Assembly (NCBI GenBank): GCA_903917735.1
Contig: CAIXBR010000122.1
Span: 1,608 to 65,607, forward strand
DNA: 64,000 nt
From: an uncultured Elusimicrobia bacterium
GTDB taxonomy: Bacteria > Elusimicrobiota > Elusimicrobia > Elusimicrobiales > UBA9959
Direction: 5' to 3'
In this document: one piece after another, positions 62,181 through 64,000 of the stretch
How the letters are laid out: every line of letters begins with the position of its first letter
Position numbering within the stretch: the stretch's first letter is position 1
Made by a program: the position numbers and the translations under genes
Notes under the pieces: model-generated
Database searches by the model: none
Seen by the model: the letters and a program-made list of their open reading frames with translations, nothing else
What the model was told of the DNA's origin: nothing

Positions 62181-64000
62181 GTTCCGCCTTTCGCTATGGG
62201 CAGCGTGAAATGAAAGACCGATCCTTTGTCCGGCTCCGACTCCACCCAGATCTTTCCGTTATGGGCGAGAATTATCTCTTTTGAGATAGCCAGCCCCAGC
62301 CCGGTGCCGCCTATTTTTCTGCCCTTTCCGCTGTCCAACTGCTCGAATGGCTGAAAAAGTTTACCCAGGTCCTTGGCTTTAATACCCTGGCCGGTATCCC
62401 GGACCGCAACATGCAGCATATCGTTTTCCAGGGCGGCGTTAATGGTAATAACTCCTTTTTCAGTATGCGCTATAGCATTGCCCAGCAGGTTTGTAAGCAC
62501 CTGGGTGATTTTGTCTTTATCGAACATTGCCCGGTGAGGGCCACCGCTCATGTCCACTATTAGCTCCAGTCCTTTGTCCTTAGCCTGAAGCCGCATAGAC
62601 TGGGCGGTTGTCTGGACTACGCCGTTAATATCATTTTCCAGGATATCAAAAGTCATTTTTCCGGCCCCTATTTTCTGGAAATCCAGGACATTGGTGATCA
62701 AACGGCCCAGCCGCTCCGTATTCTCATGCACGAGATTAAGCAGGGTTTTGTTGTTCTCGCTCAGGCCGCCGGGCTCCTCCAAAACAAAACTGACACCCAT
62801 CAGAATGGTGGTCAGCGGGCTTCTCAGTTCATGGGAAACCATGGAGGCGAACTTTGATTTTACATCCGCGGCTTCTTTTAAGGCCTCCTCCGCCCGCTTG
62901 CGCATCAGCGCTCCGCCGATATCCATCGCGATGTTTTCTAAAAACTCAATTATATTGAGAGTAAAACATCCTTTGCGCCGGTCGTCCAGGTGGAGCAGGC
63001 CGATAATCTCTTTTTCGTTGCGGATAGGCACCAATGCCATGGAGGTATAGCCGTGATACATGCATTGGTTGCGCGGATGATACCTGGGGTCCTCGCCGGC
63101 AGGAAGGTCGAGCAGCGGCATTGAATCGTTGGTCCAGAAGCTGCCCCCCCGCGTAAACAGCGGGCTGGAGGGATCGGTTTGGCCGGAAATAACCAGCCCG
63201 CAGGTGCATTCCAGCTTAGCTTTACCGTCTTTGTCTCTTATCACATTGCCGTTCGTTTCACGCCCGACAAGGGTGTTCTCGGTCCGCATAAAATCTTTGG
63301 AAAAGCCGTCCTGGGAAAAGTACGGGAAGTCGTCCCCGTCCTGCAGGCGTATGCCCACGGCGTCTAGCCCAGTCCCTTTTTTCAATGCGGCTAGTACCTG
63401 CGGGATCAAATTCTGTAACTCTTCAGGCACGTTCAGTATCCGCAGCACTTCCTGGCGCATCTCTCCATAGGTTTCCGCTTTCCTGCGTTCGGTGATGTCG
63501 CGGATGTTGCACTGGATGACCTTTTTGCCGCCGGCTTCGTAGACGTTGCTGACGAATTCCACCTCCATTATCTTCCCGTTCTTCGTTTCAAGCGGCAGGT
63601 CCTCGTAGCGGATATAGTCCAGGGCCTTCAACTGCTGGAAAGCCTCCTTTGACGACGCGACATCCTTAAAAAAGCCCACCTCCCAGATATATTTATCCAG
63701 GAAAACCTCTTTGGAATAGCCCAGCTTTTCAACCAGGAACGGGTTGACCCCCGTTATCTTTCCGGTTTCAAAGTCGAGCAGTATTATTCCGTCTCTTGCC
63801 GCCTCGAACAACCTGCGGTAGCGCTCTTCGCTTTCCTGTATCATTTTCCGCCCGGCCCGGTCTTTGGAAGACTGAATACTATAAAACACTGCGTAAATCA
63901 GGCCCGCCAATATCAGTATCACCAGCAGTTGCAGGTATTCCCTGGTTTTGATGGGGGCAAGTATTACAGCCCGGTCGATCTTGGTTATTACCGCCCAGTT
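62177..64000 (-). CDS. Sensor histidine kinase (PAS, GAF-like, HisKA, HATPase_c); the N-terminus lies beyond the window edge
   Basis: The frame stays open from the track start (63922) to nt 64000. H-box FASMVSHELRSPL. G-boxes DTGQGI and GTGLGLAISKEI. PAS (EERYRRLFEAARDGIILLDF) followed by a GAF-like segment. Confidence 0.85.
   Translation of the reverse strand, partial: NWAVITKIDRAVILAPIKTREYLQLLVILILAGLIYAVFYSIQSSKDRAGRKMIQESEERYRRLFEAARDGIILLDFETGKITGVNPFLVEKLGYSKEVFLDKYIWEVGFFKDVASSKEAFQQLKALDYIRYEDLPLETKNGKIMEVEFVSNVYEAGGKKVIQCNIRDITERRKAETYGEMRQEVLRILNVPEELQNLIPQVLAALKKGTGLDAVGIRLQDGDDFPYFSQDGFSKDFMRTENTLVGRETNGNVIRDKDGKAKLECTCGLVISGQTDPSSPLFTRGGSFWTNDSMPLLDLPAGEDPRYHPRNQCMYHGYTSMALVPIRNEKEIIGLLHLDDRRKGCFTLNIIEFLENIAMDIGGALMRKRAEEALKEAADVKSKFASMVSHELRSPLTTILMGVSFVLEEPGGLSENNKTLLNLVHENTERLGRLITNVLDFQKIGAGKMTFDILENDINGVVQTTAQSMRLQAKDKGLELIVDMSGGPHRAMFDKDKITQVLTNLLGNAIAHTEKGVITINAALENDMLHVAVRDTGQGIKAKDLGKLFQPFEQLDSGKGRKIGGTGLGLAISKEIILAHNGKIWVESEPDKGSVFHFTLPIAKGGT

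Noticed and set aside
1-64000. Search for mobile-element hallmarks (integrase, transposase, IS inverted repeats, tRNA att sites), rRNA/tRNA genes and prophage genes.
   Set aside because: None was recognised by eye in any ORF or intergenic region. The compositional mosaic and the repeats are therefore reported only as observations, not as a defined mobile element.

Overview
This is a 64-kb window from a G+C-rich diderm bacterium (it encodes a secretin, outer-membrane proteins and lipoproteins). The taxon cannot be fixed from this window. I count about 60 protein genes and saw no rRNA, tRNA, CRISPR array, transposase or integrase. The left ~41 kb is mostly on the + strand. It carries a 5'-truncated UvrD/AddA-type helicase-nuclease, a secreted HExxH (DUF4932-like) protein, a TldD/PmbA-GNAT-dockerin operon, and an S41 peptidase broken by a 10-bp tandem duplication. 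It continues with RecQ, a signal-peptide R-S-ExE ADP-ribosyltransferase, an amidase plus GH46 chitosanase, a HAMP class III cyclase, a BT1 transporter, a C11 peptidase and RNase HI. Then come an OM/lipoprotein trio, TPM-NTase-LemA, cNMP-binding protein-MBL-DinG, and an SBP-histidine kinase-receiver set. The right ~23 kb is visibly lower in G+C. It holds a type IV pilus/T2SS-like cluster: receiver, PilB/GspE, PilC/GspF, an 883-aa prepilin-headed giant protein, a 173-aa pilin, a PilX-like protein, a PilM-PilN fusion and a secretin. An ABC-transporter-dependent glycan cluster follows (GT2 fused to a metazoan-type GT7 domain, GT4s, Wzm/Wzt, a methyltransferase, a truncated GT4 remnant). A two-component pair on the - strand runs off the right edge. 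Two things stand out. First, a ~0.6-kb gene-free, G+C-rich, A-poor locus at 14.75-15.40 kb has a near-consensus sigma70 promoter and intrinsic terminators, and looks like one or two unclassified structured RNAs. Second, a bipartite intergenic repeat family is present three times (34.8, 39.2, 53.5 kb). All functional calls rest on motif recognition by eye; no searches were run.
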